Assembly: GCF_018350175.1 (NCBI RefSeq)
Contig: NC_058368.1
Span: 173,416,001 to 173,480,000 of the forward strand
Direction of reading: 5' to 3'
DNA from: Felis catus
Lineage: Eukaryota
DNA: 64,000 nucleotides
The position numbers and the translations under genes were made by a program. The notes under the pieces were generated by a model. It ran no database searches. It saw nothing but the letters and a program-made list of their open reading frames with translations, and was not told the origin of the DNA. Shown piece by piece: positions 1 through 12,729 of this stretch (position 1 is its first letter; the number at the start of each line of letters is the position of its first letter).

Positions 1-744
1 CAGGAGGGTGCTGAAGCCAATGTGAGCAGAAGGGAATTATTAGATGGCTTTGGGGGCCCTTGTCAAATCAGGATGCTGGGGCACCAGGGCTGGAGATGAG
101 CAGGACGTAAGCCGAGGAGGCAGAAAGCCCAGGAGATGACTTGAAGCCTTGTCAGCTTGGTGCTGAGGCCACTGAAATGCCAGAGCCACAGGGAGACAGG
201 ACAGGCCCTCCTGCTGTCTCCAAGGTCCCTGAGACACTTGATCAAAAGTCAGGGTTCCAGAAGCAGGCATCTGATTGAAAAGCTCAGGCCCTAAGCCCAC
301 ACCTGGCTGCATCAAAGGTTAGGGAGAGGAAACCTCGTAGTACCTTTGCTTCTGCCCTGGGACACGAGTGCCAGAGTCACTCAAATACAGAGGGGAAGTT
401 TGGGGTAATATATGAGAAGAGGGTGGATCCTGAGCAGCCGGAAAATGACAAGCAGCCACCATCGGCAGCAGGACTGCTTTCCTATCTTTTGCATTTCCTT
501 TGCTCTGTTCTTGTTTTCCCTTTAGCACATGTGGGTTGTAGCATGCAAGCTGGGTTCCCAATCAGAGGCCCCACCAGCCTTAGCAGCTGCACTGGAGATG
601 AGAGAAGAATGTGAAGAGAGAGGCTGCACACCCTGAGCCATGGGACAGTCCGGTGCCCAGAACCGCCTCCTCTGGGGCTGCAGTGGACACCTGAAGTTTG
701 GCTGGGCAGGCATCTTTTCACTCCTCTCTCATATTCTCCTTTGG

Positions 745-1160
745 GCTCTGGGGGTGGGCAGTGACCGAGACCCCAGCCTATCAGTTCATTCCATACCCCA
801 GGCACAGTGGTTGGCCTACAAAGGTCCAATTCAGGCCAACGACACTCAGGGTCAGCCTGATCTTCTTTCTGAAGCTGACCCCAAAAAGAGGAGAACTCGC
901 GGTAAGGCAGGTGCATCTTGCCACCACAGAGGGAGGTCCCAGGGCTTCTGAGGGCCCCCACGCTGAGCTCAAGATTGAAGCCAGCGCAGCAGAAGGCAGG
1001 CCCCAAAGAGAAAGAAAGTGAGTCCTGAGGACCCCATTGCAATCCTGGATCCACCTGTGTCTGAAGACCACCTTCTGACTTTTCAGTTATGAGAACCAAA
1101 ACATATCCTTTCCTGCATAAGCTAGTTTGGGTTGGGTTTTCCATCACTCGCGAACAAAAA
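745..1160 (+). mobile_element. Old MaLR LTR (MLT1J/K/L group)
   Basis: TCCTGGATCCACCTGTGTCTGAAG...TTTTCAGTTATGAGAACCAA...TAAGCTAGTTTGGGTTGGGTTTT. Confidence 0.78.
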
Positions 1161-2804
1161 TGACCTGGCCAAAAAATACAGTGGGGTGGAACGTATCAGG
1201 GAAAGACACCCTCAGTCCTCCCAAAGGTTCAAGTAAGAGGCAGGTGTGTGTGTGTGTGGGGGGGGGGGCATCTGTGTATGTGTGTATGAGTGTGCAATTT
1301 TTTTTTTTAATTTCAGCCCTACTCAGCTGTAATGAAGGAAACTAGGGAAGCTTTTTATTCTGCTTGAGCCAGAGTTTTAGAGCAAGAAGCCACATTATAG
1401 GAGACTCCCACAGTAGTAGGGACAGAAATGACAATTCTTCTCAAGGGGGATGTGAAATTTGGGAGGGGAAGGTCCCAGCCAGAGACTCTTGTCCCTGCTG
1501 TTCATTCCCACCTGGAGACCCTCCTCCTAGAGCTTTTCTATTTTCTTTTAATAAGAGACCTGATTCTTTCCTCCAGTCTGTAATCTCATATTTTAAATGC
1601 AGCTTGACTCAGCTTTCAAAATCAACAGATAATACTATAAATACCTGGTATTTGTGAAGCTCTGTCACCGCAAATCCTCACCCTTCCTCCGCCCCTCCCC
1701 TTCCTGAGTCCCACTGCTTCCTCAGCACCAGAGCAGAGCCATCATCTTCTCTCTGGGTCGGTGCTCACCCTCCCTCTGTGGCCTCTGCCACCGCCCACTC
1801 GCCCCAATGGGTCAGAACCAAGGCGACGGCAGCCCCAGACGCTGCTTACAGAATCGCCCTGCGCTGAGCCTTCTCCCCCGGTGTCCTTGCTGCTCTCTGC
1901 TCCCACCTTCTACCTCGCCCACCTCTGAAGCCAGCGCATATCCCCAAAACCAGCTTCTCCTCCCTCTCTCCCCATTACCGGCGCTCCCATCCTCCCCGAG
2001 CACACTGTCACGGCCTGATGGCCCCACCTCCCACCCTTCACCTATGAGGTCCTTAGCCCTGCGATTTCTCTCCTTAGAGCCCACCATGGAGAACATTAGC
2101 CCGTCTCCATGAGCTCACTTCCACCCACAGTGCTCGGGCACACTCAGGCAGGAGGGCTCCTGATCCATGGTGGACACTGGAAAAATTGGTTTTATCGAAC
2201 ATCGTACTCCTCCTAGGTCAGTGCCCCCTCTCCCCCCTGTCCCTATGCACACACATACTCATTCATTCACAAATCCCCACGCCCACACCTACAGGTGTCT
2301 CCCTATACACACACCGCCTGCTTTCTCCCTGCCTCAACACACACACACACTCCCACTGTTTCCCTTCCTGCAGACGTGCGCCCACACACCTCTAACATGG
2401 GATGGGAGGAAATTTCGTCTTCTGCAAGAAGTTCTTCCCCTCAGGGGGGCGAGGTGGGGGATCAAATATAGGCTTCTTGCAAGTCTGAAGGAAGTTCCTT
2501 TGGTGTATCTTACAGACACCATTCAATTTGGAGACAGGCAGGAGGAAGTCAAGAGGGGGCAGAGTAATGAGACAGGGCTCCTTACCAAGGGTTAAGTCAT
2601 GGATCCACCTTGCCATCCACTCCCCACCTGGCATCAGGGCCTGGAGACCCACTGACAGTTGAATGCACTTCCCATGTGCTTCACAAAGATGCTTTCAATG
2701 TTACAGAACAGTCAGTCAATGCTTATCTCTCTACCTTCATATCTTATTTCCTGAGTTTAATTGAGGAAATTGTTTTTATACATACCGTTATTATAGCTAA
2801 GAAC

Positions 2805-3030
2805 GTTCACTATTTATTTAGTTGTTAGGGGTCCGCCCTTGTCAGATACTGAACCAAAAGCACCACATGCAGCATCAATTTAAATCGGCACAACCTTATG
2901 GGTAGATATCACTATGGTCCCCATTTTACAGATGAGAATACCGAGGCTCTGACTTGCCCAAGGTCACACAGTGAACGTGGCAGAGAGCTGCCGCTTGAGC
3001 TCAGGCCTGCTGACAATTCAGTCACAATCT
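2805..3030 (-). mobile_element. MIR SINE
   Basis: CCCCATTTTACAGATGAGAATACCGAGGCT...GACTTGCCCAAGGTCACACAG (MIR core). Confidence 0.88.
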
Positions 3031-6000
3031 CGATCACTGAAGTGTAATGCTTTATGCTTGAGAAATTTCCATTAGATCTGAAAAGCTCCACTTATTTTGC
3101 CAGAGCAGGTGGTTACAAAATAACTTAGCTGTTCTTTGAGAGAATAAAATTATCTTGGATGTATGTGTTAATACTTTGTTGTTCTGAGACTTTCTTTCAA
3201 AACCCACTAAATGTGAGCTTCCTGTAGCTAGAAATATATTTGATTCATCCCTTCCATCTCAGTATTCTGCATAACATCACTTGGCACATTGGAGGTGCCC
3301 AGTCGATGTCCAAAGGAAATGAAATAAAATACAGTAAAATTCAGGTTTTTGCTGTAGATGTTGTCCCAAATAAGCTCTTCAACAAGTGCGGGGGCGGGGG
3401 TGGGGACCAGCAACGACAAAAATAACACCGAACGAATAATTCCTTCAGGGGTCAAATGGCCTAGCCCCTCTTCACAGCTCTTTAAGGACTCTTATCACAC
3501 TTTTCCGTCTCTAACCTGGTTAGGGAGGCCACACTCCTGGCTGCAACCTGGTGAGCCCTTTTCCAGATTCCGAAGAGCCACCTCTCCCTCGTGAGAGAAA
3601 CTGTGAGAAACACAGACTCCCATCCTACACCAACACACTCGTGCTTCTTGCACACCTCAGCGGATAAATCAAACCTTGCACACTTGCCAATATGATGCAA
3701 AGGGGAAGGGCATGCAGTCTGGACAGGAACCTGGGTTTGAATCCTGACACAAGTGCTCTTATCGGTAAGTGACGGCTCCCACTCGCCTGTCAGGGTTGAC
3801 ATGACATGAACGTTGAGGGCGTTATACACCAGGCACTTAGCACAGAGCCTGGCACCTAGCAGACAGCGGGAAACAGCAGTGGCTCTCTTCCTGCGTATTT
3901 CTGCCTTGGCCGCTGGTTCTCCCTGGCAAAACAGAGGCATGCCCCAAGAGCCCGGCACCTGTCAAGACGTTCTCATCTTCTTAACCTGGTTCTGCTTAAG
4001 CCTCGGCTTCTTGGAATTTCCCAGAGATGGTTCCCCACCCAGGAGGTCCCAGCCTTCTGATCCTTGAAGTGAATTTCTAAGCCCACCCTTCTATCCCTGC
4101 CATATCCCCATTTCCAATTTGCGCCTAACCTGGCCCTTGCCCCCCGCCCCCACCCCCCGGGACCTGTGAGATGGAGCCAGACAATCGAAAATGGAATTCA
4201 GTCATACACGTGGGGAAAAAAAGATTATGAAAATGAAAAGTAAATAAATATGGATGTTGAGGACCTAATTCTGATAAGCGGATTTTCAAAATTAGCCATT
4301 TGCAAGAGTAGATTAAATGCATTTAATGTGGTGGGTGGAAGGAAGTCGATTAAGATGCACAACAAACCCCAGTTCAGCAGATTCCGGGGAGAAGGCATTG
4401 CAGGCCCCCTTTGCGGTGAGCTTGTTTGCTGGGATAAATGCTGAATGCCTTTTAAGAGCACTAATTTGCTGTTGTCGTGCTGGTAAACAGGCCTCCTGGA
4501 AAGGGGCCACTCACTGCCTTCTGTGCACGAGGCGGACCGGCAGGACAGGGAGGGGACTGCTGGGGGCCCGGGCTGCGGAAGGCCCAGCTCCGGGGGTGTG
4601 GGGGGACCATTCGCCGTCTGCAGGGATGCAGAAAGCGCCAAGGACAAAAGAGGCACTGGCTTCCCCATCACCTTCCCCAACCACCCGCCCCCCCACCCAG
4701 TCCTCTGCAGTGAGAATTTTGATCCCAGAATACCTTGCAGCTCCTTCCATGGCAACAGTCGCCCTCCCTCCCCGCACTGCCTCTGCCTCCTTCCTTCCTG
4801 CTCCTTCTCCCTGCAGCCCACTCCTGTCCCCAGAGCCAGGCCTCCGGAGAGGGTTAGTGCACCCCTCAGGCAAGTGGCCAATCCAGCCATCCAAGGAGGA
4901 GGGGCAAACACAGATACCAAGCCCTACCAGGTCCCAAACCCGAAAATGACCAGCTCTTTCCTTCCCTGGGGCACTGCATTTAAAGACCTCTGAAAAGAGC
5001 TCTGAAAGAGAAGCTCTGGCTGGATTTAGGTTTGAGGAAACAAAGGAGAGAAGGGATATTCTTTGCTGTCATCCCATGGCAGAGATGTGATCTAAATGAA
5101 CACATCCTGATATCTTCACCTGGGATCCCAGTGCCCAGACTTGGGAACAATCTTAAGTTCCTTATAGGACCTGAGGCCTCGAGTCACCGAGTCACGAGTC
5201 ACGGCGTGACTTTATGGCTAGGACCCTGCAAGATCCGCCCACTCGCTGACCTCTGACCTCTCTCTCTCCGCGGCTCCTCCCTCCATGATTCTCTGCTAGC
5301 CACACCAGTGCCCTTCTGTTCCCTTGGTATTCTATGCCCGTTCCTTGGCCTCTCTGCCTGGGATGCTCTGACACCATTTACACCGGGTGATAGCTTGCCA
5401 CTCAGGTCTTGACTCAAATGCCAGCTTCCTAGAGAGGTGGCTCCAGGCTGTTATTGTCCATCAGCGCCCCCTTTTCCTTGCTTTCACAACAGTCGTCACT
5501 TTTGTCAGTTACTTTGTTTTACTGATTTGTTTGTGAGTTGATGTCTGCCTCCTCGCCCTGTGAAAACAGGGGCTTTGTCCTGTGGGAGAGCTACGCCCAG
5601 CTCCGAGGACTTGCCCAAGGTCACACAGGCAAGAAGCGGTGAAGCCAGGATTGGAAGCCTCATGTGTGTCTGGCGGCAGACGCTTTCCCCACCCGACAAA
5701 CATCACCACTGGTTCTTGATGAGGAGAGGGACCAGTCCAGGGACTGGCTCCCATCTGTGATATCTCCTACCTGAGACAAGATGCTCTCCACCCCTTAGGA
5801 AGTCAGGCTTGGAGGAGGCTGAACAGAGGCGGTGGGTTCTGCTTCTCTCCCATTTCACAGATGAGGCAGCTGAGGCAAGGACGTGAAGTTCCCAGCCAAA
5901 CTCCTACATCTCATAGTGGCAAAGATGGGGCTCAAACTCAGGTAGTCTGGGGTAGGAAAGGAGGAGGTTGGGGGGGGGGGGTTCTGTCCCCAGAAGCATG

Positions 6001-6044
6001 ACATCTAGTCTAGGGGAAAGGGTCATAAACCTCTCGAAGCAAGA

Positions 6045-6203
6045 GACTCTCTGGAGTTGTTTGAAAGGTCAGTTTCATGGCCCCGGGGCAGTGATACTCA
6101 CTCAGCAGGACTGAGGTGGGGCCCTGGAATCCGGAATCCGCAAGTTTACCAAGCACCTCCGGTGACTCTAATGCAGGAGCTACGGGGACCCTTGTGCTTT
6201 GAT
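6045..6203. mobile_element. MER5-type hAT-Charlie fragment
   Basis: CTCAGCAGGACTGAGGTGGGGCCCTGGAATC...AAGCACCTCCGGTGACTCTAATGCAG. Confidence 0.7.
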
Positions 6204-9174
6204 GGGGTGGTATCCTGGCCGGAAACCAGAGGAGCTATCATGTGATGTTCTCTCTAAAGTCATTATCCCTCTCCACCCCATTATCCCTCCTCTCCAGCCC
6301 AGTTCGTCTCCAGAGTGAGGCCATGAAGCCTGATGGATGCAGTGGTGGCTTGGTGCTTGCAGTCAGTGGAATCTGAAAGTGCAGCTATCTGCAAGGAGGG
6401 CGGAGTGGGCGGACGGGGGAAGGAAAGGCATCTGGGCAAGTTCTTCGCTGTCATCCCTGCGCCTGGCCCGGACACCATCAGCAGCAACACGTGCAAGGGG
6501 GAGAATAAGAAGCCTGGTGTCAAGTGACAAACTCAGTTCAGAGGAGAAGGGTCCCTCCGCGTGGCCCCTCAGGAGATGGTGTGTTGACTCCAATGCCTGC
6601 TCGGGTGTCGTGGGCCCTGCTCCGTTCCAGCTGAGGGTGGATGTGAGGTCTGGCTAGAGTCCTTCAGGGCCCAGCTGGGGACCTGAAGGTGAATGAGCCG
6701 GGCTGTCTCATCTTTGCTGTCATGACCCCAAGAAAGGACACCGTGCTCTGTGTGGTGTTCCATAAGCTGTTCCTGGAGAAGGGGCCTGGAACAGGGAGAG
6801 GGCAGCTGTGGCCGCAGCTGCCCCGCTCTGTCTGGATATCCAGACGCTGGTCTGTATGTTGTGATAACTTGTCTCACTGCTCTACGGTCATGTTTCTCAG
6901 AAGATGGCGGCTGGACCGAAAAGCAGGCTTGGAAGTCAGAAGCACAGCAAGCGTTTGTTGAGTAGTGGCCTCGTGCCAGGCTCTAGGACCAGCACTGGAC
7001 AAGGGTCTCTTCTCCACCCAAGGTTCCGGAACACAAAGTGCGAGACTTGCTCCCAATTCATGGATCAAAAAACTGAGGCCAGAGAGACTGGCCAGATGAA
7101 TGACCCTAGAGCTCGGCCTCCCACCTTCCTCCGGGCCTCCCAGGCCTGTGTAAATGAGGACAGGAAGCTGCACGGCATGGCAGATTTGGCTTCTGAGGAA
7201 GACACGTGCTGGCTCTGCGTCCAGGTAGTGGTTGGAGCAGTGCTGAGGATCGCCCGGGGACACACGGTGGTGTGAGCCAGTTGCTAAAATATTGAAAGGC
7301 TTCCATCTCAGATAGTGAGTAGCGGCTTCCTCTGCTCCCGTGGCCCCCGGCCCCTCTGTCTGGGCCACTCCGGCTTCCCTGGGCCTCCAGGGCCCCCTGG
7401 ACCTGCCCCATCTCGTGGTTGGCCACAGCTCTCACGGATCAGCCCCCGGGCCTTCGGGTTGTTAATTATTTTGATGGTCACCCAGGGTTTCAAGAGAGGA
7501 TTTGTCACAGATCTGACCTGAAATCTTCCCTGAGCCACGAAAATCTCGGCCCCTGTGGAGGCTGTCCACTTGGTTCAGCAGAACGACCCAGATGGGAGCC
7601 TCAGACTACCACAGATCTAGATCCAGGACTGTCTAGAAACAATCTTCTTTCTATGCCTCAGTTTCCTTCTCTGTCAAAACCAACGACAAAAGATAACACA
7701 TTCTGCCTACCTCCCAAAGCCTCCCCAGAGTAACTTGGCAGGGGAAGGCAGAGGCTGGCCCCCGTGTGCACCGAGAGCCCTCCAGGCCACAGGGCCCTTT
7801 GTCTCCTGCAGAAGCCCCCACCCGAACCTTTTCTTTCCTGACAACCAGTATTTCAGAATTAGTCTTCAGTTCTGAACAAGAGTAAAAATCACTAGAATTT
7901 TTCATCAGGGACTTGTTTCATCTGTATTTGCCAAGCCCCATCCGAGGGTCTCTGCAGTTCATTATTTGTATTTTTCCTTTGTCACCAACAAGCTGTTTTC
8001 CAAATCCAGTTGCCCATGTTGGAGGGAAGCTTGGGCCTCCCACACGGTGCTCAAACTGGCCTTCTCCAGCTCACATGTGGGGGAAGGGGAAATGGAGAGC
8101 CAGATTCCAGATGGCTTAGGGAGCCACGGTGGGTTGGAGGAGATGGAGGGAGAGACGAGAGGGAGAGGGAGCGTTGAGCGCTGAGGTAAACAAATTTGAG
8201 GCCAATTACCCGTGGCAACCTTGCCCCCCCAAGGAGGGAAGATGGCTGGAAATATATGAAAATAATATCTAACCAACCACATGATGGTGGAAGTTGGTAC
8301 CCAGCTGGGAATTTGCTGCTACCCCTCCCCCAACTCTGGGAGGTGGAGGAGGAGGAGAAAATTCCAGAATCTAAGAGGACAAGGGAGGTTGGCAGAAGAG
8401 TCTGTGAATCTAACAAGTACAAAACACGGTTTGGAGGGAGGGGTGTGCGGTTAGGAAAGAGGAGAGAGAATAAGAGCAGGTGCCTCAAGCTGAGATGCTG
8501 TCCACCCCTCATTGGCCACCCCATGCCCCCACCTGCAGTGCCTGCTGGGTAATGAGGGCCCAGGTCTGTTTCAGACACAGGGCACTCCCTTCCTGCAAGA
8601 ACATCTTTTGTCCTTGAGCGGGTGGTGATAGATAGAGAAACCAACTCAGAGTAGTGAGGTAAGTAGCCCAGGGTCACCGAGAGAATTAATATCATAATTG
8701 AGAATAACAAGTAGGCCTCCTATTTACTAGATAAAATAGCGCCAGGGGATGTGCTGAGAGAGACGGGAAAATAGAATTTGAAATCATTTTTTATTTCTCT
8801 GCAAATGTAGTTGGTGTTGCATTTCCCCCCCTCCTCTCCCTTGGAGATGCTGGAGCTGCCACTCTTTTTCTGGCCCATGCATGGATGCGGAGACCCTGTG
8901 TTGCCCTGGATTTCATATCCTCCCACCTGTCAGGCAAGTTTCTCAGAGCAGGATCCAGGGACGGGCAGAGAATCATCAGGGGCGGAGCTGGCATGGCCAC
9001 CAAGTTCACTCCAGGGCCACCTCAGAAGATCAGAAGTACACCTGGGAACCGGGACTGACCACTAGCTCTCCCTGTACCAGGAGCTCAGGACAGAGGAAGG
9101 GGGTGGTGGCTCAAATCTCAGCTCTAGGGCCCCAGAGCCTCAATTTTCCCTCTCTGTAAAATGAAGCTACTCTT

Positions 9175-9400
9175 TTTTTTTTTTAATTTTTTTTTTTAAC
9201 GTTTATTTATTTTTGAGACAGAGAGAGACAGAGCATGAACGGGGGAGGGACAGAGAGAGAGGGAGACACAGAATTGGAAGCAGGCTCCAGGCTCTGAGCC
9301 ATCAGCCCAGAGCCCGACGCGGGGCTCGAACTCACGAACAGCAAGATGGTGACCTGAGCTGAAGTCGGACGCTTAACCAACTGAGCCACCCAGGCGCCCC
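9175..9400 (-). mobile_element. Felid tRNA-derived SINE (SINEC_Fc-type), full length, inserted in a MIR
   Basis: Reverse complement of GGGGCGCCTGGGTGGCTCAG...GAGTTCGAGCCCCGCGTCGG...(CT)n-AATAAA-polyA; perfect 17-bp TSD AAAATGAAGCTACTCTT at 9158-9174 and 9401-9417. Confidence 0.97.
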
Positions 9401-10339
9401 AAAATGAAGCTACTCTTGAAAGCTGTTATGAACACCAAATGCAACCAATGTGTCCAAGTGCTTCAGATGCAGTAGGCATGACTAGATCTCCATGCTTCCG
9501 GAGATGTCGTTCTCACATGCAGCGGTTAAACTGGAAGAGTTTACAGGGCAACTTATGTGAGAACTTTCAAGAGCTATGAAATTAATTGGAGGTGTTAACT
9601 GTAGAAATAAAGTAACAGAAGAAAATTACCTCTAAAGAATTAGAACAAAGCAATTAGCGAGAAAGAAAATGTTGTAGAGGAGAAGTAAGACGCATGCAAA
9701 TAGCTGTAGCATTGAGACCCAGGAAAGCATAGCCCCTCCATCAGGGCACCAGAGCCACAGCGCTCTTGGGAACTGAGTGAGGCCATGGAGAAGCGAGAAA
9801 CTGAGGCCAGCAAGCAAATGGACATCAGGTCCATGCAGTTAAGACCAGATTCCCAGGCAGAGGGGCAGACGGGACAATTAGATACAGATTCCAGTTTCTG
9901 TTCTGCATTCACTGGCTGTGCGACCTTGAGCATGTGACTGAAGGAAATTGGAAGCCATGAGCTCCAAGATCCTTTCCAGGTCCCAAATCTGGGAGTCTAA
10001 ATGTTCTGGAATATCAAGGGCAGTGGGGTGGGGGGTGGGGGGAGAATGGGCTGAACGAGGAGAGATTGGAAAGGACTTGGAACAAAATAGAATAAGGCTG
10101 GAATCCTTCTCTGGGGATGTGGCCTTGGGCAAGTTCCTCTACCTCAGTGTTCTCATCTGTCAAATGGGAAGAAGATCTTGTTAGAGGCTGTTGAGAAGGG
10201 AAGTTGGATAAAGCATGTGAACACAGGCTAAGCTGTCATTGTCAGCTAGCGTCCTGCTTTCTTCCTAGCCAGGTCATCCCTGCTCTGGGCCTCCTGCCCT
10301 CTGTGAGGCTTGAATAAAATTGATACTCTCCCCATCTCC

Positions 10340-10625
10340 CTTGGCCCCTTGAAGTGGGCCAGAACAATCAGCATATACTGTCCTTCCAGCTACAGCGACT
10401 GGTTGGGGGAATGGGCATGTGACTAGTCAGAAAGAATCTCAGGACTTGCAGGGAATGCCTGGCCAGAGACTTGCTCTTCCCCCTCACCTCAAATAGAACA
10501 TGTGGTCTCGGGAACTACCAAATGTTCTCACAGGAAGTCCTGGATCCAGCCATTCCTGAAGATGGTTTCCACATGAACCAACACATCCCCTTGTTTGCTT
10601 GAAGCCAGCTTGGGTGCTGGCTCAC
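10340..10625 (+). mobile_element. Old MaLR LTR (MLT1K/L group)
   Basis: ATGGGCATGTGAC...CCTGGATCCAGCCATTCCTGAAG...CATGAACCAAC...GAAGCCAGCTTGGG. Confidence 0.7.
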
Positions 10626-11729
10626 TCTCAGCCACTACTTAATAAAGCCTCTTCCATCCCACCAAATCACCAGCTCACTTGCAATTGAGAGTCTCTTCTC
10701 ACAAGTGCTCCTGCCTGGCTCCAGGGCAGGAATTTTCACCTCCAGCATACTCCATCATCCCAGCAGCAGAAAGCACTGGGTTGCCAAAAGTGGCCACTGC
10801 TGCCTGGCACAGCTGCTCCTCCTACTCGGCACCTCCATGTGCTCACCTCGCTATTGAGCATTGACAGGAGCCGGCCTCCTCTTAGCTCTGGGCCCCTGTG
10901 CAGCCAGGCTCAGAGATGCATTAAATAGAATGCAGCCCTGAAACTGTTCAAATGGATCTACATCAACAGGGACAGCGAGGGGATGCCTTTAAATAGATTA
11001 TCACCAAGAGCCAACCAGGGCAGGCAAAGTTTGCCTTCAGCATTGTTCTCCCCCTGTTCCTATGCCCCTCCTCTGTCTACTTTTACCAGGCCTCACCCCA
11101 AACCCCTGTCATAAATTAATTCACACTGTAGCGGCTTCGTGTGTTACTCTGCTAGATTTAAGAGAGGAACAGAGCACGGGAGTGGGCAACGTTCAACCTA
11201 AGGGATAGGTACCGCGATGAAGGAATTTTAGACATCTCAAAACCACAAGAGAACCATGAAATACATGCCTGGGGTCAGAGAAACTATGACGCCTCTCAAG
11301 CCACACCACCCAGCGCCCACTATGTCCATAATTTCTTTCACTGATGGCAAGCCCTCCCTGCTTTACTTTCCCCTGAAAGGCTGTACCTTGAAGTATATTC
11401 TGCGCAAAGTCCAGTCCAGGTCTGGGTGCACCTTCCTCGGAGTGGATGGGAGTGGGAAGGGGGGCGCTTGAGTTCTTGGGGCAGGGTGCCTTAGTGCCCG
11501 GGATCAGATTTCCTGCTTGGCCTGGGATAGGATTCATCATTGGCTGAAAGACCCTGAAGGAGAGCCTGCAGGGAAATTTGTGCCCAGGAAGTCAGAGCTT
11601 CCCTGGGGTAAGGTCGCTACAGAGCTCACCGCAGAGCTAGGCATAACCCCACCTCCGCCCAAGGGGCCAGACTCCCCACCCAGAGAGTGCTCAGAGCTTT
11701 GTTTTGCTGTCCTTGCCAAATGCCAGGCA

Positions 11730-12180
11730 CTCCCTAATGGTCTCGGGAGCATTGGTTCTTTTACTCCTCAAAACTAGCCTATGAAGTAGGTGTCATTTTA
11801 CAGATGAAGAGAGTGAGAACCAGAGAGGTCAAGTAGCCTCGCCAAGGAGCCATAGAGTCAGGATTCAAGCCCAGGGAGGTTGGCTCCAGAGCCCAGAGTC
11901 TTGACCCCTACACTACGCATCCTCCCTGTTGAGCCTTGTATTTATATCCTGCTGCATCTATCGGCTATTGTTTATTGCCTACCATATGCCAAGCACTGAG
12001 CTAGGCGGTTCACGGTACATTTCATTTTCTCTTCATTACCACTCTACAAGTTAGGCCGATGAGCCCCATTTCACAGACTGAGGCTGAGAGAGGAGACGTG
12101 ACATGACTGACCTCAGATCGCTCAGCTCATGAATGGCTGTGCTGGGGTTCAGGCTCGCGTCCCTCTGTTTCCAACTTCCA
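11730..12180 (-). mobile_element. Two adjacent MIR SINEs
   Basis: CATTTTACAGATGAAGAGAGTGAG...GGATTCAAGCCCAGG and CCCCATTTCACAGACTGAGGCTGAGAGAGG. Confidence 0.8.
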
Positions 12181-12239
12181 CGCTCTCTGCCATTTAGGGT
12201 CCAAGAACTTCTGGGTTGTGACAGCCTACCAAAAGTTTC

Positions 12240-12652
12240 CCTTTTCATTTTGGAATTATTATAGATTCACAGTAAGTTGCATAATTAGCACAGAGAGGCC
12301 TCATGTACCCTTCACTCGCTTTCCCCCAACGATTACATCCTACATAACTCCAGGATAATACGAAGACCAGGAAACTGGCATTGGTACAATGTGTGCGTAT
12401 CGTTCTGCCATTTTATCACCTGTGGAGATTCGAGAAATCACCACAGCAATCAAGACACAGAGCTGTTCCATCACCACAAAGTGCCCCTTGTGCCACTCCT
12501 TTATTGTCACATCCCACCTCCCTCCCTTCCACCATCCCTAACCCCTGGCAACCACTAATCTGTTTGCCATCTCTATAACTGCCGTGTCGAGAATGTTATG
12601 TAAATGGAATCATATGATACGTTAGCTCTTGAGAAGGGCTTTTTTCACTCAC
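12240..12652 (-). mobile_element. L1MC-type LINE-1 3' end fragment
   Basis: ACCAGGAAACTGGCATTGGTACAAT...CCCTAACCCCTGGCAACCACTAATCTGTTT...TAAATGGAATCATA, typical of antisense L1MC 3' UTR. Confidence 0.88.
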
Positions 12653-12729
12653 AAAGGCCTTATTTTAAAATAAATGCTCACTGAGCACCTACTGCATATC
12701 AGGCAGGTGTTAGTCCCATTTAGGAATGT

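Noticed and set aside
1721..1737. RE1 left half-site CTCAGCACC (also near 8-16 and 159-167 on -)
   Set aside because: Right half GGACAG is missing
4225..4993. Overlapping 150-230 aa ORFs on both strands
   Set aside because: Pro/Gly/Ser-rich low-information products from GC-rich DNA; no domain or splice support
7363..7407. Collagen-like GHSGFPGPPGPPGPA (exactly 45 bp of Gly-X-Y)
   Set aside because: Preceded by CTG rather than AG, no GT donor at 45 or 54 bp, and no other Gly-X-Y exons in the window; likely a GC-rich coincidence
9207..9389. Recurrent peptides such as MAQLVKRPTSAQV / RQRETEHERGR (also near 34.1, 47.9, 54.8, 56.2 kb)
   Set aside because: Translations of SINE bodies, not a gene family
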